A program made the translations under genes and the position numbers. The notes beneath the pieces were generated by a model. The model ran no database searches. It saw only the letters and a program-made list of their open reading frames with translations, and was not told the DNA's origin. From Limnothrix sp. BL-A-16 (GTDB lineage: Bacteria > Cyanobacteriota > Cyanobacteriia > CACIAM-69d), in assembly GCA_041937175.2 (NCBI GenBank), contig CP166615.1, positions 672,001-736,000 of the forward strand: 64,000 bases of DNA, written 5' to 3'. Below are positions 41,816 to 52,144 of the stretch, one piece after another; the first letter of the stretch is position 1, and the number at the start of each line of letters is the position of its first letter.

Positions 41816-43825
41816 CTATTGGGGTGGTAATCCATCGAGCGTAATAATCGATTCCAAAATCGGCTTAGCCGCCGGAGCCGCCACCACCCCACCGGAACCA
41901 CCCGGAGGTTCATCAAAAATCGTCATCACCACATATCGAGGATTTTCAACGGGAAAAATGCTGACAAAACTAGCAATCACAGCCCCGCGCCGATAGCCGC
42001 CCCGTTCATCTTGTTTTTGGGAAGTGCCGGTTTTGCCCGCAATCCGATAACCCGGAATTTGGGCCCGTTTGCCCGTGCCCTGAGACACCACGGTTTCCAT
42101 CATTTTCAGCACCTCGCGGGTGGTGGCAGCAGAAAAAACGGGAATCGGTTCCGGGTGGGCCGGTTCCCAATAGGGTTGCCCCTCAACAGTGCTGAGGCTG
42201 TCCACAATGTGGGGCGTGACGAGCTTTCCCCCATTGGCCAGGGCCGCGATCGCCCGCACCAGTTGTAGCGGTGTGATGGCAACCCCTTGGCCAAATGAGG
42301 TGGTGGCGCGGTCAATTTTGGAGGCTAAAAAAGTTTGACGATCTTTAATTTGTCCAGAAGTTTCAAAGGGCAAATCAACCCCGCTGGTTTGATTAAAACC
42401 CAGGCGCTGTAAGTATTGATAAAACACGCCTGGATCCAAGCGCAAACCAATCCGCACGGTGGCAACATTGCTCGAAGTTTGAATCACTTTGCTCAGATTT
42501 AACTTCCCTAACCTGGCAAAGTTGAAATTGCGAATGATTCGATCGCCCACTTGCACCGAACCATTGTCATCAAAGGTGTCATCCAGACTCAACACCCCCG
42601 AATCCAGCCCCATGGCCATCACCAGCGGCTTGAAGGTTGACCCCGGTTCGTATAAATCCGAAACCACCCAATTTCGGAACCGGGCAACATCTGCCTCTGA
42701 GTAGCGATTGGGATTGTAGTTGGGTTCACAAACCAGGGCCCGAATGGCTCCCGTTTGCGCATCCAGGACGATCGCAGCTCCCTTCTTGGCGCGGCTAGCG
42801 GTCATTTGAGCCTGCACGGCGGCCCGGGCGGCCCGTTGCAATCGCAAGTCAAGGGTTAATTTGAGCTGTAAATCGTCTAAATAGGTCAACTGGTTCAGCC
42901 GATCGTTTTCCAGGCTGCCCAAGCGCGGCAGGGCATAGCCACCGGGGGCCCGCTCCAGGGTCACGGGACTGACCGATCGCGCCAACAGTCGCCCCATGGA
43001 ATATTCCAAACCGGTCTTGCCTTGGCCGTCGAACAGGTTCACATAACCCACAATCTCCGCCGCCATCTCGTTTTGGGGATAGACTCGGCCGGGCCGCTCA
43101 TGCAGTTCCAGCCCATCCAAGGCCGTGCGCCGAATCCGTTGGGCCTGGTCTTCCGTCAGGGACTCATGGAGCCGAATGCCGCTGCGGCCCCGCTCCAATT
43201 TTTGGGCCACCTCCGTCACCGGTTCCTGCAAAATCGAAGCCACCAGGGCCGCCACCACGGATTTGGGCTTGTTGAATAGCTTGGGGTGGGCGTAAAGGGT
43301 GTAGGTGACCCGATCGAGCGCCAGCGCCACCCCGCGCCGATCGACAATGGAGCGGCGAGGCGCAAAGGGTTTGACCGTTACCCGTTGTTGGGCGCGGGCC
43401 CGGCTGGTGAGGGTTTCGCCCTGAACGCCCTGCAACCACACCAACCGCAACAGCAACCCCGCCACGGCCGCCAGCAAAACGCCGCCCACAACCGTCACCC
43501 GTTGGCGGGACGGGTTCACCTGGCGTGGGTCGGGTAACCGGGCGCGAATTTGTCGCCAGGTTTGCTCCCATTTTTGGGTCAGTGAGTCATCCCGATCGGG
43601 CGTTGGCCCTAACCAAGATCGAGGGCGCGATCGAGGGCGCGATCGGGTGCTGGGGCCCGGTTCACCGGAGCGATCGCCCCGTTGCCGAAATGCTTTGACG
43701 TTGAACGCTTCCAAGGGCCAATCGTCTTCTGCCCCTTGCCAATCGGCCGCCGATCCAAAGCTGTGGCGCGATCGCGCATCCCGATCGCCCGAGGCAGCAT
43801 CTTCAGCGGGGTCAAACCGACTCAT
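41816..43825 (-). CDS. class B penicillin-binding protein (FtsI/PBP2 family)
   Basis: single TM, RRSIVDR, EPGSTFK, SSN, KTGT. Confidence 0.92.
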   Translation of the reverse strand: MSRFDPAEDAASGDRDARSRHSFGSAADWQGAEDDWPLEAFNVKAFRQRGDRSGEPGPSTRSRPRSRPRSWLGPTPDRDDSLTQKWEQTWRQIRARLPDPRQVNPSRQRVTVVGGVLLAAVAGLLLRLVWLQGVQGETLTSRARAQQRVTVKPFAPRRSIVDRRGVALALDRVTYTLYAHPKLFNKPKSVVAALVASILQEPVTEVAQKLERGRSGIRLHESLTEDQAQRIRRTALDGLELHERPGRVYPQNEMAAEIVGYVNLFDGQGKTGLEYSMGRLLARSVSPVTLERAPGGYALPRLGSLENDRLNQLTYLDDLQLKLTLDLRLQRAARAAVQAQMTASRAKKGAAIVLDAQTGAIRALVCEPNYNPNRYSEADVARFRNWVVSDLYEPGSTFKPLVMAMGLDSGVLSLDDTFDDNGSVQVGDRIIRNFNFARLGKLNLSKVIQTSSNVATVRIGLRLDPGVFYQYLQRLGFNQTSGVDLPFETSGQIKDRQTFLASKIDRATTSFGQGVAITPLQLVRAIAALANGGKLVTPHIVDSLSTVEGQPYWEPAHPEPIPVFSAATTREVLKMMETVVSQGTGKRAQIPGYRIAGKTGTSQKQDERGGYRRGAVIASFVSIFPVENPRYVVMTIFDEPPGGSGGVVAAPAAKPILESIITLDGLPPQ

Positions 43826-44010
43826 GGGCAGGCACAATCAATCGCAAGCGGTAACAGATCAAATCTTAAGGGGCGGTGGAGCGTTTGTGTGGGGAATAAA
43901 TCGATAAAATAGCCTCGTCCCTGTGGTCTCAAAGCTTCTGGGCTGTTTCTTTCCCCAATTTCGTTCCCCAAGCGATCAATACTTCATTTTTTGAAAGGTG
44001 CAAGGTGTTT

Positions 44011-44949
44011 ATGCGTGTTTTAGTGATGGGTGGAACGCGGTTTATTGGCGTTTATTTGACCCGATTATTGGTGGAAAAAGGTCATGAAGTCACCCTATTG
44101 AATCGTGGTCGTAAGCCCTCACCCGTGGAAGGTCTGGAAGTCATTCAGTGCGATCGCACCCAAGGCGATGAATTGAAATCGAAACTAGCCCATCGGCACT
44201 TTGAATGGGTGTTTGATAATAACGGTCGTGAACTCAGCGACACGCAACCGCTGGTGGAAGTGTTGCGCGGCAAAACCGAGCATTTTCTTTACATGAGTTC
44301 GGCTGGTGTTTACCTGAAAACTGACCAATTGCCCCACTGCGAAGCAGACCCCGTTGATCCCAAAAGTCGCCACAAGGGCAAACATGAAACGGAAAGTTAT
44401 TTAGCCCACCACGACGAACCCTTCACATCGTTTCGACCAACCTATATCTACGGGCCCCTGAATTACAATCCGTTGGAATCTTGGTTTTTTGATCGGATTG
44501 TGCGCGATCGCCCCATTCCCATTCCCGGCAACGGATTACACATCACCCAACTGGGCCATGTGGCTGATTTGGCCAGCGCCATGGTGGCGGCGGCGGGTAA
44601 CTCCAAAACCATCGGCAAAATCTACAACATTTCGGGCGATCGCTACGTCACCTTCGATGGTTTGGCGCGAGCCTGTGCGTTGGCGGCCGGTAAAGATCCG
44701 GAGCAATTGCAACTGATTCATTACGATCCCAAGCAATTTGATTTCGGTAAGCGGAAAGCTTTCCCGATGCGCGTTCAGCATTTCTTTGCCAGCAATCAAC
44801 AAGCAAAACAGGATTTGGGTTGGCAACCTGCCTACGATTTGGTTTCTGGGTTGCGAGATGCGTTTGAAAATGATTACTTACTGTCGGGAGCCGATCGCGC
44901 GGAAGTGGACTTTTCAACGGATGAAGAAATCCTGACAGCCTTGGCTTAA
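44011..44949 (+). CDS. NAD-dependent epimerase family, CSP41-like RNA-binding protein
   Basis: MGGTRFIG, YMSSAGVY, DPKSRHKGK, RPTYIYGP, KAFPMR. Confidence 0.88.
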   Translation: MRVLVMGGTRFIGVYLTRLLVEKGHEVTLLNRGRKPSPVEGLEVIQCDRTQGDELKSKLAHRHFEWVFDNNGRELSDTQPLVEVLRGKTEHFLYMSSAGVYLKTDQLPHCEADPVDPKSRHKGKHETESYLAHHDEPFTSFRPTYIYGPLNYNPLESWFFDRIVRDRPIPIPGNGLHITQLGHVADLASAMVAAAGNSKTIGKIYNISGDRYVTFDGLARACALAAGKDPEQLQLIHYDPKQFDFGKRKAFPMRVQHFFASNQQAKQDLGWQPAYDLVSGLRDAFENDYLLSGADRAEVDFSTDEEILTALA

Positions 44950-45131
44950 ATCTGTCGAAAACTCTTGCGAAATCGTGAGGGGCAAGGGGCTTAAGCCCCT
45001 TGTCTGGTTGTGTTGAGAATGTCCACTAATGAAGAAATCCTGACAGCCTTGGCTTAAATCTGTCGAAAACTCTCGCGAAATCGTGAGGGGCAAGGGGCTT
45101 AAGCCCCTTGTCTGGTTGTGTTGAGAATGTC
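44921..45131. repeat. 108-bp-period tandem duplication of a gene 3' end plus palindrome
   Basis: 44921-45023 and 45029-45131 differ at one position as read. Confidence 0.93.
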
Positions 45132-45143
45132 TATGAATTTTGA

Positions 45144-46631
45144 TTAGGGTCGAGAGCGACCTGTGAGCAAAAATCCGAGGCGAATGATGCAGGTGACGAT
45201 GACGCAAACCAGCCCGATCGCCCCGGCCAACATAATCAATTCCAACAGGGCTAACCCGTTTCGCAACAGAGGAATCAGGCTGACCACCCCGATCGTAATC
45301 ACCGGCAACAGCAACAAATCCCACCGCTCGATCGTCCGTGACTGTTGCAGCGCCACCAAAATAATCAGCAACCACAGGCCCGGCACGGCCGCCTCAATGC
45401 CGAACAATTGCCCCAAACTTTGCCCAAAGTTCCAAATTAACGTGCCCTGAACACCGGTAAACAGGCTGTGGCTGATCCACTCGCGCGTGCTGAAGGGTGT
45501 GCCCGATCGGGCCTTGCCCTTGCTGGGTTTTGGGGAGGTGGCGGGTTGCGGTTGGGCTGAAGCTGGCGGATGGGGCGCAAGGGGGGCGGGGCCGGCGGCC
45601 ACGGGCTGAGAGGTGCTGAGTTTGGGGGGTGCGCTCAAAATTTGCAAACTGGGCTGGCCCGCGCCGGGATTCACCAACGGCAAAATGGTCACCTGATCAA
45701 GCCGCGCCAGCACCTCTTGGGCCGAGCTGAACCGTTGATTGGGCGTGAGCTGCACCAGCCGATCGAGCACCACGGCCAACTCATCGCTCACCGTCACCCC
45801 CGATCGCCAGCGCCATTGGCCCTGAAACGAGTCATAAAGGGTTTCAGGGGCTTGCCCCGTTAACAACACCAGGCAAGTAACCCCCAGGCTATAGAGATCC
45901 GTGGATGGAAATACCATCCCGCCGGTTACCTGTTCTGGCGGCGCGAACCCCGTGGAATAGATGCTGGTGGATTGGTTGCTGGATGCTTGGGCCGCCAACC
46001 GCACGGAACCAAAATCTAACAAAAACAGCCGCCCATCCCGCCGCCGCATCAGATTTGAGGGTTTGATGTCTCGATGAATGGCTCCCCGATCGTGAATGAA
46101 ATGCAGCACCTTCAGCACTTCTCGCAACACGATTCGCGTTTCCGCTTCTGAGAAAGGGCCCCGATCCGCTAGCTCTTCTTCCAGATTTTGCCCGTCAATG
46201 AATTCCTGAACAATGTAGAAATAATCCTGCGTGCGATCGCCCGTCGAAGTGGGAACCGTGAGCGGAAAAAAAGCAAACAGATCCGGAATTTGGGGATGTT
46301 CATGGCCCAAAGATTCCAGCACTGCCGCTTCCTTAACAAACAAAGATTGGGCCAGGGCCAGGCGATCGCCCTGAAGATCGGCCGGTGGCAAAAACTGCTT
46401 CACCACACATTTACGGGCTGCGGGGGTATAGCGATCGATAGCCAAATAAGCCGCCCCGAAGCCACCCTGCCCCAACAGGCGAATTGGTAAATAGCGACCC
46501 CCCAAAATTTGCGGCATCCCACAGCGCGAACAAAACTTTTGCCCCACAGACACCAAGGTCTGGGGGTGATCCAAATCAGGAAACTCGTTCCGGGGGCGAT
46601 CGCACCCCGGCCTTGTGCAGTAAACCTCCAT
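45144..46631 (-). CDS. Pkn2-type Ser/Thr protein kinase with 4-Cys prefix and C-terminal TMs
   Basis: YCTRPGC...CSRCG, LGQGGFG, HRDIKPSN, DFG, APPEQ. Confidence 0.93.
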   Translation of the reverse strand: MEVYCTRPGCDRPRNEFPDLDHPQTLVSVGQKFCSRCGMPQILGGRYLPIRLLGQGGFGAAYLAIDRYTPAARKCVVKQFLPPADLQGDRLALAQSLFVKEAAVLESLGHEHPQIPDLFAFFPLTVPTSTGDRTQDYFYIVQEFIDGQNLEEELADRGPFSEAETRIVLREVLKVLHFIHDRGAIHRDIKPSNLMRRRDGRLFLLDFGSVRLAAQASSNQSTSIYSTGFAPPEQVTGGMVFPSTDLYSLGVTCLVLLTGQAPETLYDSFQGQWRWRSGVTVSDELAVVLDRLVQLTPNQRFSSAQEVLARLDQVTILPLVNPGAGQPSLQILSAPPKLSTSQPVAAGPAPLAPHPPASAQPQPATSPKPSKGKARSGTPFSTREWISHSLFTGVQGTLIWNFGQSLGQLFGIEAAVPGLWLLIILVALQQSRTIERWDLLLLPVITIGVVSLIPLLRNGLALLELIMLAGAIGLVCVIVTCIIRLGFLLTGRSRP

Positions 46632-46750
46632 GGGGATTGCCTTCGGTCGCTGCCTCCAGTCTAAGCCAGGGCCCGCGACGGCTGGCAATTATTCCCCAGA
46701 AGGTCGATGGTTTTGATTTCTGATCAACTTTCTGATCAACCGGTTTCTGA

Positions 46751-46881
46751 GAGGTTGTTTGAAAAGCCAAAATTGCTACTCTCTACGCCCTAGCAATCAA
46801 TGTAGACAAGGGGCTTAAGCCCCTTGCCCCCAAGACCATTAGTGCTTGGCCCATGCCAAAAGATACTTTTCAAACATCCTC
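46751..46881. mobile_element. MITE family A copy (131 bp), uninterrupted
   Basis: TGA|GAGGTTGTTTGAAAAG...CTTTTCAAACATCCTC|TGA (3-bp TSD); perfect palindrome at 46807-46826. Confidence 0.9.
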
Positions 46882-46954
46882 TGATCAAAATTTTGAAATT
46901 GGTTTCCGATTGGGTTGCCTATTGTTTTTTGATCACTTGTTTTCTAAAAATCGG

Positions 46955-47089
46955 TTAATCCAAGATTGATTAGTTTGAGATGAATTAATGCCAAATTGCT
47001 TAATCCAAGATTAATTAACCCAAGATTGCTTAATCTAAGATTAATTAGTTTGAGAAGGATTAATGCCAGATTGCTTAATCCAAACTAAT
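46955..47089. repeat. 15-bp tandem repeat x9 (TTAATCCAAGATTRN) with a 75-bp higher-order repeat
   Basis: units in phase from 46955; units 1-4 resemble units 6-9. Confidence 0.8.
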
Positions 47090-48064
47090 CAGCATTTCCG
47101 GTTCCGGAGAGCTAGGAGCGCTCGGGGGCGGTGGATATAAATCGGCCGAGGCAAAATGGGGCAAAATGTCGCGAGTAAAAGCCTCTGCGGCCTTAGAGCG
47201 ATAGCGATTGGGGTTGGTGATCACCTTCAGGATTCGTTCAACCCGAAAGTTTTCAATTTGGCTGCGGTGGAGGTGGCCTAATTGCAGTTCTTTTTCGATC
47301 GCCGCTACGGAGACAAAGGCCGCGCCGAGACCTGCTTGAACTGCGTTTTTAATGGCTTCGATCGAGTTCAATTCCATATCCACCTTGAGGCGGCGGGTGT
47401 CAATTCCCGACTGACTCAAAACCGTATCAATCACTTTGCGGATGGTGGATTGGGAATCAAGCGCAATGAAAGACAACCCGTAGAGGTGTTCCCGATCGAT
47501 CAGGTCGATTTGGGCTAAGGGATGTTGAGGCGGCAAAATCAGCGCCAACTCATCGCGGGCATAGGCCAACACTTCCAAAGACTCTTGCAGCTCGGCCGGC
47601 ACTTCGCCGCCAATGATGGCTAGGTCGATTTGGCCATTCGACACGCTCCAGGAGGTGCGGCGGGTGGAATGCACATGCAACTGCACCCCCACCTCGGGAT
47701 ATTTGTCGTGGAACATGCCAATCATCCGAGGCAGCAGATAAGTCCCGGTGGTTTGGCTGGCCCCCACAATCAGGGTTCCACCTTGGAGGTTTTGCAAATC
47801 TTTGATCGCCCGGCAGGTTTCCTGGCAAAGGGTCAGAATCTTTTCGCCGTAGCTCAGCAGCATGTGGCCTGCTTCGGTTAGTTGGGCCCGGCGACCACCG
47901 CGATCGAACAGGGGCACATCCAATTGGCGCTCTAGGTTTTGTACCTGCAAGCTCACCGCAGGTTGCGAAACATAGAGGCTGTCGGCGGCCCGCTTAAAGC
48001 TACCCTCGGCGGCGATCGCCTTGAGGATGCGGAGTTGGTCAAGCGTGAATGGCAAATCGGACAT
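47075..48064 (-). CDS. rbcR: LysR-family regulator RbcR/Ycf30
   Basis: [47 protein letters not shown]. Confidence 0.88.
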   Translation of the reverse strand: MSDLPFTLDQLRILKAIAAEGSFKRAADSLYVSQPAVSLQVQNLERQLDVPLFDRGGRRAQLTEAGHMLLSYGEKILTLCQETCRAIKDLQNLQGGTLIVGASQTTGTYLLPRMIGMFHDKYPEVGVQLHVHSTRRTSWSVSNGQIDLAIIGGEVPAELQESLEVLAYARDELALILPPQHPLAQIDLIDREHLYGLSFIALDSQSTIRKVIDTVLSQSGIDTRRLKVDMELNSIEAIKNAVQAGLGAAFVSVAAIEKELQLGHLHRSQIENFRVERILKVITNPNRYRSKAAEAFTRDILPHFASADLYPPPPSAPSSPEPEMLISLD

Positions 48065-48796
48065 AGACAGTACTACAGCCTGGAGAAAGCCATCGAGTGG
48101 AATGGGATGGACATCGATCGGGAGTTGGCAAAGAAAGCCGTTGCTCCAAGATGTCGTGGCGCGATCGGGCGAAACAGCACAGGGCGAAATAACACGAGGC
48201 GCAACAACACAGGGCGAAACAGCCTTTTGGCGCAAGGTAGCACTGGGAGAGGCCCCCAACGACAACCATCAGGGCCGGCCCAAGTTCACCGACCCAAATT
48301 CACCAACCCACCATCCCAGAGAAAGGGGGCGTGAATTGGGAGGTCACTGGGCGATTGAACCGTCAGCGGTGAACCGAAGGCGATCGAACGGTGACAAATG
48401 ATCATCAACCTAGGATCTCATCTCGACCTAGCCGCACGATCGCCCGTTCTTCATTATTCTGAAGCAGACCCCCACCATTTGATTAAAAACATTTATGAGA
48501 AAATTTCGGTTCCCTGATAGACACAGAATCAATCCCTACGGCGCACCGACCAAAAACCGGTAAATTCCTATCCTGGAGTGCTGAAGCTGGTTACTGTCGT
48601 CTTCAGCTATTTTCGGTTGTCTTCGGCTATTTTTGGCGATTTCCAGCGATTCCTGGCCGCCTCTGGCCATCTTCGGTCGTTTCTAGTTTTGCCCGTTTGG
48701 ATTAACGATCCTCCCTCTGCCCTTACCGCCGATTGCGTGATTGATTGCACCATGATTTCCATTTTCTCCCTTGGATCTATCGGCTCGATCGGGGCA

Positions 48797-49540
48797 ATGA
48801 GTTCCCTTCTGGGTTTGGCCCCTTGGCTCACTCCCGCCTGGTTTCCCGCCAGCCATTGGATCATGCTGGGTCTGTTGGTGGGGTTTGCGGTTTTGCACAG
48901 CGGCCTGGCGGCCCTGCGGATCAAAGGCGAAGCCCTAATTGGTGCGCGGGCTTACCGGGTTTTGTTTGCCTTGGTCAGTTTGCCGGCTGCGGGATTGTTG
49001 ATTACCTACTTTTTCAACCATCGCTACGATGGGATCCAACTTTGGCAACTGCAAGGGGAAACCTGGGTGCAGCCGGTGGTTTGGATTTTGTCGGCCATTT
49101 CGTTTTTGTTCCTTTATCCGGCCACCTTTAACCTGTTGGAAGTGGCCGCTGTGGCCAAGCCTCAGGTTCACCTGTACGAAACGGGCATTATTCGGATCAC
49201 TCGCCATCCCCAGGCGATCGGGCAAATTATTTGGTGTGTGGGCCATGCCCTTTGGTTGGGAACCAGTTTCATGATGGTGACCTGTGCCGGTTTGATTGCC
49301 CATCACCTGTTTGCAATTTGGCACGGGGATCGGCGCTTGTATGGCCGATATGGGGATGCATTCTTAAAAGTCAAGGAACGCACATCAATCATTCCTTTTC
49401 GGGCAGTTTTTGACGGCCGCCAAACCCTTCAGCTTACGGAATTTTTGCGCCCGGCCTATGTGGGGGTCACGGCCTTTGTGTTGGGATTTTGGTGGGCCCA
49501 TCCGACGCTCATTCGGCTAACGGCTAGCGTAAACTGGTAG
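48797..49540 (+). CDS. NnrU-family membrane protein (15-cis-zeta-carotene isomerase-like)
   Basis: HSGLAALR, NHRYDG, YPATFNLLE, ITRHPQ, HGDRRL; start uncertain. Confidence 0.85.
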   Translation: MSSLLGLAPWLTPAWFPASHWIMLGLLVGFAVLHSGLAALRIKGEALIGARAYRVLFALVSLPAAGLLITYFFNHRYDGIQLWQLQGETWVQPVVWILSAISFLFLYPATFNLLEVAAVAKPQVHLYETGIIRITRHPQAIGQIIWCVGHALWLGTSFMMVTCAGLIAHHLFAIWHGDRRLYGRYGDAFLKVKERTSIIPFRAVFDGRQTLQLTEFLRPAYVGVTAFVLGFWWAHPTLIRLTASVNW

Positions 49541-49683
49541 GTATCGATCGCCGGGGACAGAAGACATTTCTAGATTGGTTTGCGTGATTAGCCTTCCTGA
49601 AATGTGCCAAATTCCCGGCGATTTTTGATTATTTTCGTTTATTTCTCGTCCAGCGTTTTTTAATATTTCTTTGCCGGTTCATA

Positions 49684-50034
49684 ATGCTAGATACCATGGA
49701 TGACTCCAGCTTCGATCGGGAAGTGCTACAAACGCCCGGTTTGGTGTTGGTGAACTTTTGGGCCCCTTGGTGTGGATTGTGTCGTTTGATTGATCCCCTC
49801 CTGAATAAGCTGCGATCGGACTGGGGTGAGTCGGTCAAGTTGGTTAATGTCAATGCAGACAGCAATCTGAGATTAGCCAATTCCTATCGCCTCACCACCC
49901 TGCCGACGGTGATTTTATTTCAGGATGGAAAACCAATTTTTCGGCTCGATCGCTTTGAAGGCAAAGAAGAGTTTTTGCGCCACCTAAACCGTGCTGTGAA
50001 TCAAGTGGAATTGTCTCGATCGCTTACGTCCTGA
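49684..50034 (+). CDS. trxC: atypical thioredoxin (WCGLC, TrxC-type)
   Basis: VLVNFWAPWCGLC active site, TLPT cis-Pro loop. Confidence 0.8.
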   Translation: MLDTMDDSSFDREVLQTPGLVLVNFWAPWCGLCRLIDPLLNKLRSDWGESVKLVNVNADSNLRLANSYRLTTLPTVILFQDGKPIFRLDRFEGKEEFLRHLNRAVNQVELSRSLTS

Positions 50035-50071
50035 GCAGTTTCCAAGCCGCCGTCGGTTCAAAGCCCCCTAA

Positions 50072-50347
50072 GAGGATGTCTGAAAAGCCAAAATCGATAC
50101 TCTGCACGCCTCATCGATCGACGGAGACAAGGGGCTTAGGGCCTGTCGTCATTATTTCGAGGTGATGCTGAAACAGTTGATCTTCCATGCCCTAGTCGTC
50201 GCAACAAGGGGCTTAAGCCCCTTGTCCCCCACGATCCGCTAACGGCAGAATCAGGGTTTCAGGCGATTTGACGACAGGCCCTAAGTCCCTTGCCCCCACG
50301 ACTATTGGTGCATTGCCCGTGCCAAAAGACACTTTTCAGACATCCTC
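50072..50347. mobile_element. MITE family A copy interrupted by a family B copy
   Basis: TAA|GAGGATGTCTGAAAAG...CTTTTCAGACATCCTC|TAA; 276 bp = 131 + 143 + 2. Confidence 0.92.
50139..50281. mobile_element. MITE family B copy (143 bp) nested in the palindrome of A
   Basis: CAAGGGGCTTA|GGGCCTGTCGTCA...TGACGACAGGCCC|TAAGTCCCTTG; own perfect palindrome at 50205-50224. Confidence 0.93.
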
Positions 50348-50458
50348 TAAAATCGCCGATTGTGCCCTGGCCGACTTGATTGGCGACTTGCGCGATCGGG
50401 GTGGGTCTGCTTTGCTGTTGGCGAACTCAATCCCGCATCAGTCTTTTACTGCCATTTT

Positions 50459-51604
50459 ATGGATTGGTATCGCGTCCTTCGTCCGTTGGTATTTTCGCCC
50501 TTGGCTCCTAGCCCCGAACGGGCCCACGACCAGGCCATGGAGTTGTTGCAGGGGTTGGCTCAGTTGCGGCGATCGGCCACGGGGCGATCGATGCTGGCCA
50601 ACCTGCGCCATTGGTTCACTGTCCAAACACCGGAACTGAGTCAAACCCTCTGGGGCTTGAAGTTCGAGAACCCCGTGGGTCTGGCGGCTGGCTTTGACAA
50701 AGATGGGGTAGCCGCCGGGGCTTGGGAGCAATTGGGGTTTGGTTTTGCGGAGTTGGGCACGGTGACGCTCCATTCCCAGCCGGGCAACCCGCAGCCTCGG
50801 CTATTTCGCCTGCTGCCCGATCGCGCCGTCCTGAACCGGATGGGATTCAATAACCAAGGGGCTGCGGCGCTGGCTGAACGGCTGGCCGCCCTTCGTCCTT
50901 CCCCCTGGGAAAATCCCAACATCCCGATCGGGGTCAACCTGGGTAAGTCCAAAATCACCGAATTGGAAGGGGCCGCCGCCGACTATTTGGGCAGCTTCCG
51001 GCTACTGAAGAACTGGGGCGATTATTTTGTGGTGAATGTGTCTTCGCCCAACACACCCGGCCTGCGATCGCTCCAGGATGCCGATCGACTTGGGGAAATT
51101 TTGGACAGCCTTCAGCAAGACAACCAAGGCCAGAAGCCCCTGTTGGTGAAAATTGCGCCGGATTTGGAATGGAGCGCGATCGATGACGTAGTTGGCCTGG
51201 CCCAGCGCTTTGGCCTAGCGGGGGTGATTGCCACCAACACCACCATCCGCCGCGACCAACTCCAAACCAAAACCCTGAAGCAGACGGGCAACCCGGTCAC
51301 CGCCGAAGCCGGGGGCATTAGTGGCCAACCCCTGCGCGATCGAGCCACGGAAGTCATTCACCATATCTATCGTCAAACCGCCGGCCAACTGCCCATCATT
51401 GGCGTGGGGGGAATTTTCAGCGCCGAGGATGCCTGGGACAAAATTGCCGCCGGGGCCAGCCTCGTGCAGGTCTACACCGGCTTTGTCTACGAGGGGCCAG
51501 GATTGCCCCGCCGCATTGCTGAGGGCTTGGCGGCCAAGCTGGCGGAGCGTGGCTGGTCATCCATTACCCAGGCGATCGGCTGTCACCATGGCTCCTTGGA
51601 TTGA
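50459..51604 (+). CDS. pyrD: quinone-dependent dihydroorotate dehydrogenase
   Basis: NPVGLAAGFDK, NRMGFNN, VNVSSPNTPGLR, VKIAPD, GGISG. Confidence 0.96.
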   Translation: MDWYRVLRPLVFSPLAPSPERAHDQAMELLQGLAQLRRSATGRSMLANLRHWFTVQTPELSQTLWGLKFENPVGLAAGFDKDGVAAGAWEQLGFGFAELGTVTLHSQPGNPQPRLFRLLPDRAVLNRMGFNNQGAAALAERLAALRPSPWENPNIPIGVNLGKSKITELEGAAADYLGSFRLLKNWGDYFVVNVSSPNTPGLRSLQDADRLGEILDSLQQDNQGQKPLLVKIAPDLEWSAIDDVVGLAQRFGLAGVIATNTTIRRDQLQTKTLKQTGNPVTAEAGGISGQPLRDRATEVIHHIYRQTAGQLPIIGVGGIFSAEDAWDKIAAGASLVQVYTGFVYEGPGLPRRIAEGLAAKLAERGWSSITQAIGCHHGSLD

Positions 51605-51751
51605 TCGGCTCGATCGATTTGATCGAATCGATCGATTCAATCAATTTGGTCAGATCGAATCGGGCAAAGGAAATTGGTCAAAACCATCACCGTTGCTACG
51701 GGAGAGCGATAGAATTCAACCTGTAAAACCCCTTTCATGAGTTTTTGACCA

Positions 51752-52144
51752 ATGAAAGCTTGGATGAAATCGATCGCCCGTCGCGCTAGCCTGCTGGTGG
51801 CTGCCGTCGTTCTGTTTGCCGGTGTGTTGTTCGCCGTGGCCCCCAGCGCCCTGGCCGAAACCCGCAGCGTGGAAATGACCAACCTGTTGAAGTTCTCCCC
51901 CGAAACCGTGACCGCCAAGGCTGGCGACACGATCGTCTGGTCGAACCCCGCTGGTTTGCCCCACAACGTGGTGTTGGAAGATGCCTCGAAGTTTGACGCG
52001 GCTGAAGTGAAGAAACTGGGCCAACTGCTGGGCAAAGGCGAAGCTGGCTTCACCCTGCCGAGCGACCTGCCTGCTGGCACCTACAACTACTACTGCGCAC
52101 CTCACCGGGGCGCTGGCATGGCTGGCAAGATTGTGGTTCAGTAA
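51752..52144 (+). CDS. petE: plastocyanin precursor
   Basis: signal peptide ending in ALA, PHNVV and YYCAPHRGAGM copper ligands. Confidence 0.9.
   Translation: MKAWMKSIARRASLLVAAVVLFAGVLFAVAPSALAETRSVEMTNLLKFSPETVTAKAGDTIVWSNPAGLPHNVVLEDASKFDAAEVKKLGQLLGKGEAGFTLPSDLPAGTYNYYCAPHRGAGMAGKIVVQ

Noticed and set aside
44921..45131. attL/attR of an integrated element (duplicated gene 3' end)
   Set aside because: The copies are separated by only 5 bp, with no integrase or cargo.
44914..45375. 153-aa minus-strand ORF with a repeated peptide
   Set aside because: It is a by-product of the 108-bp duplication and overlaps two real genes.
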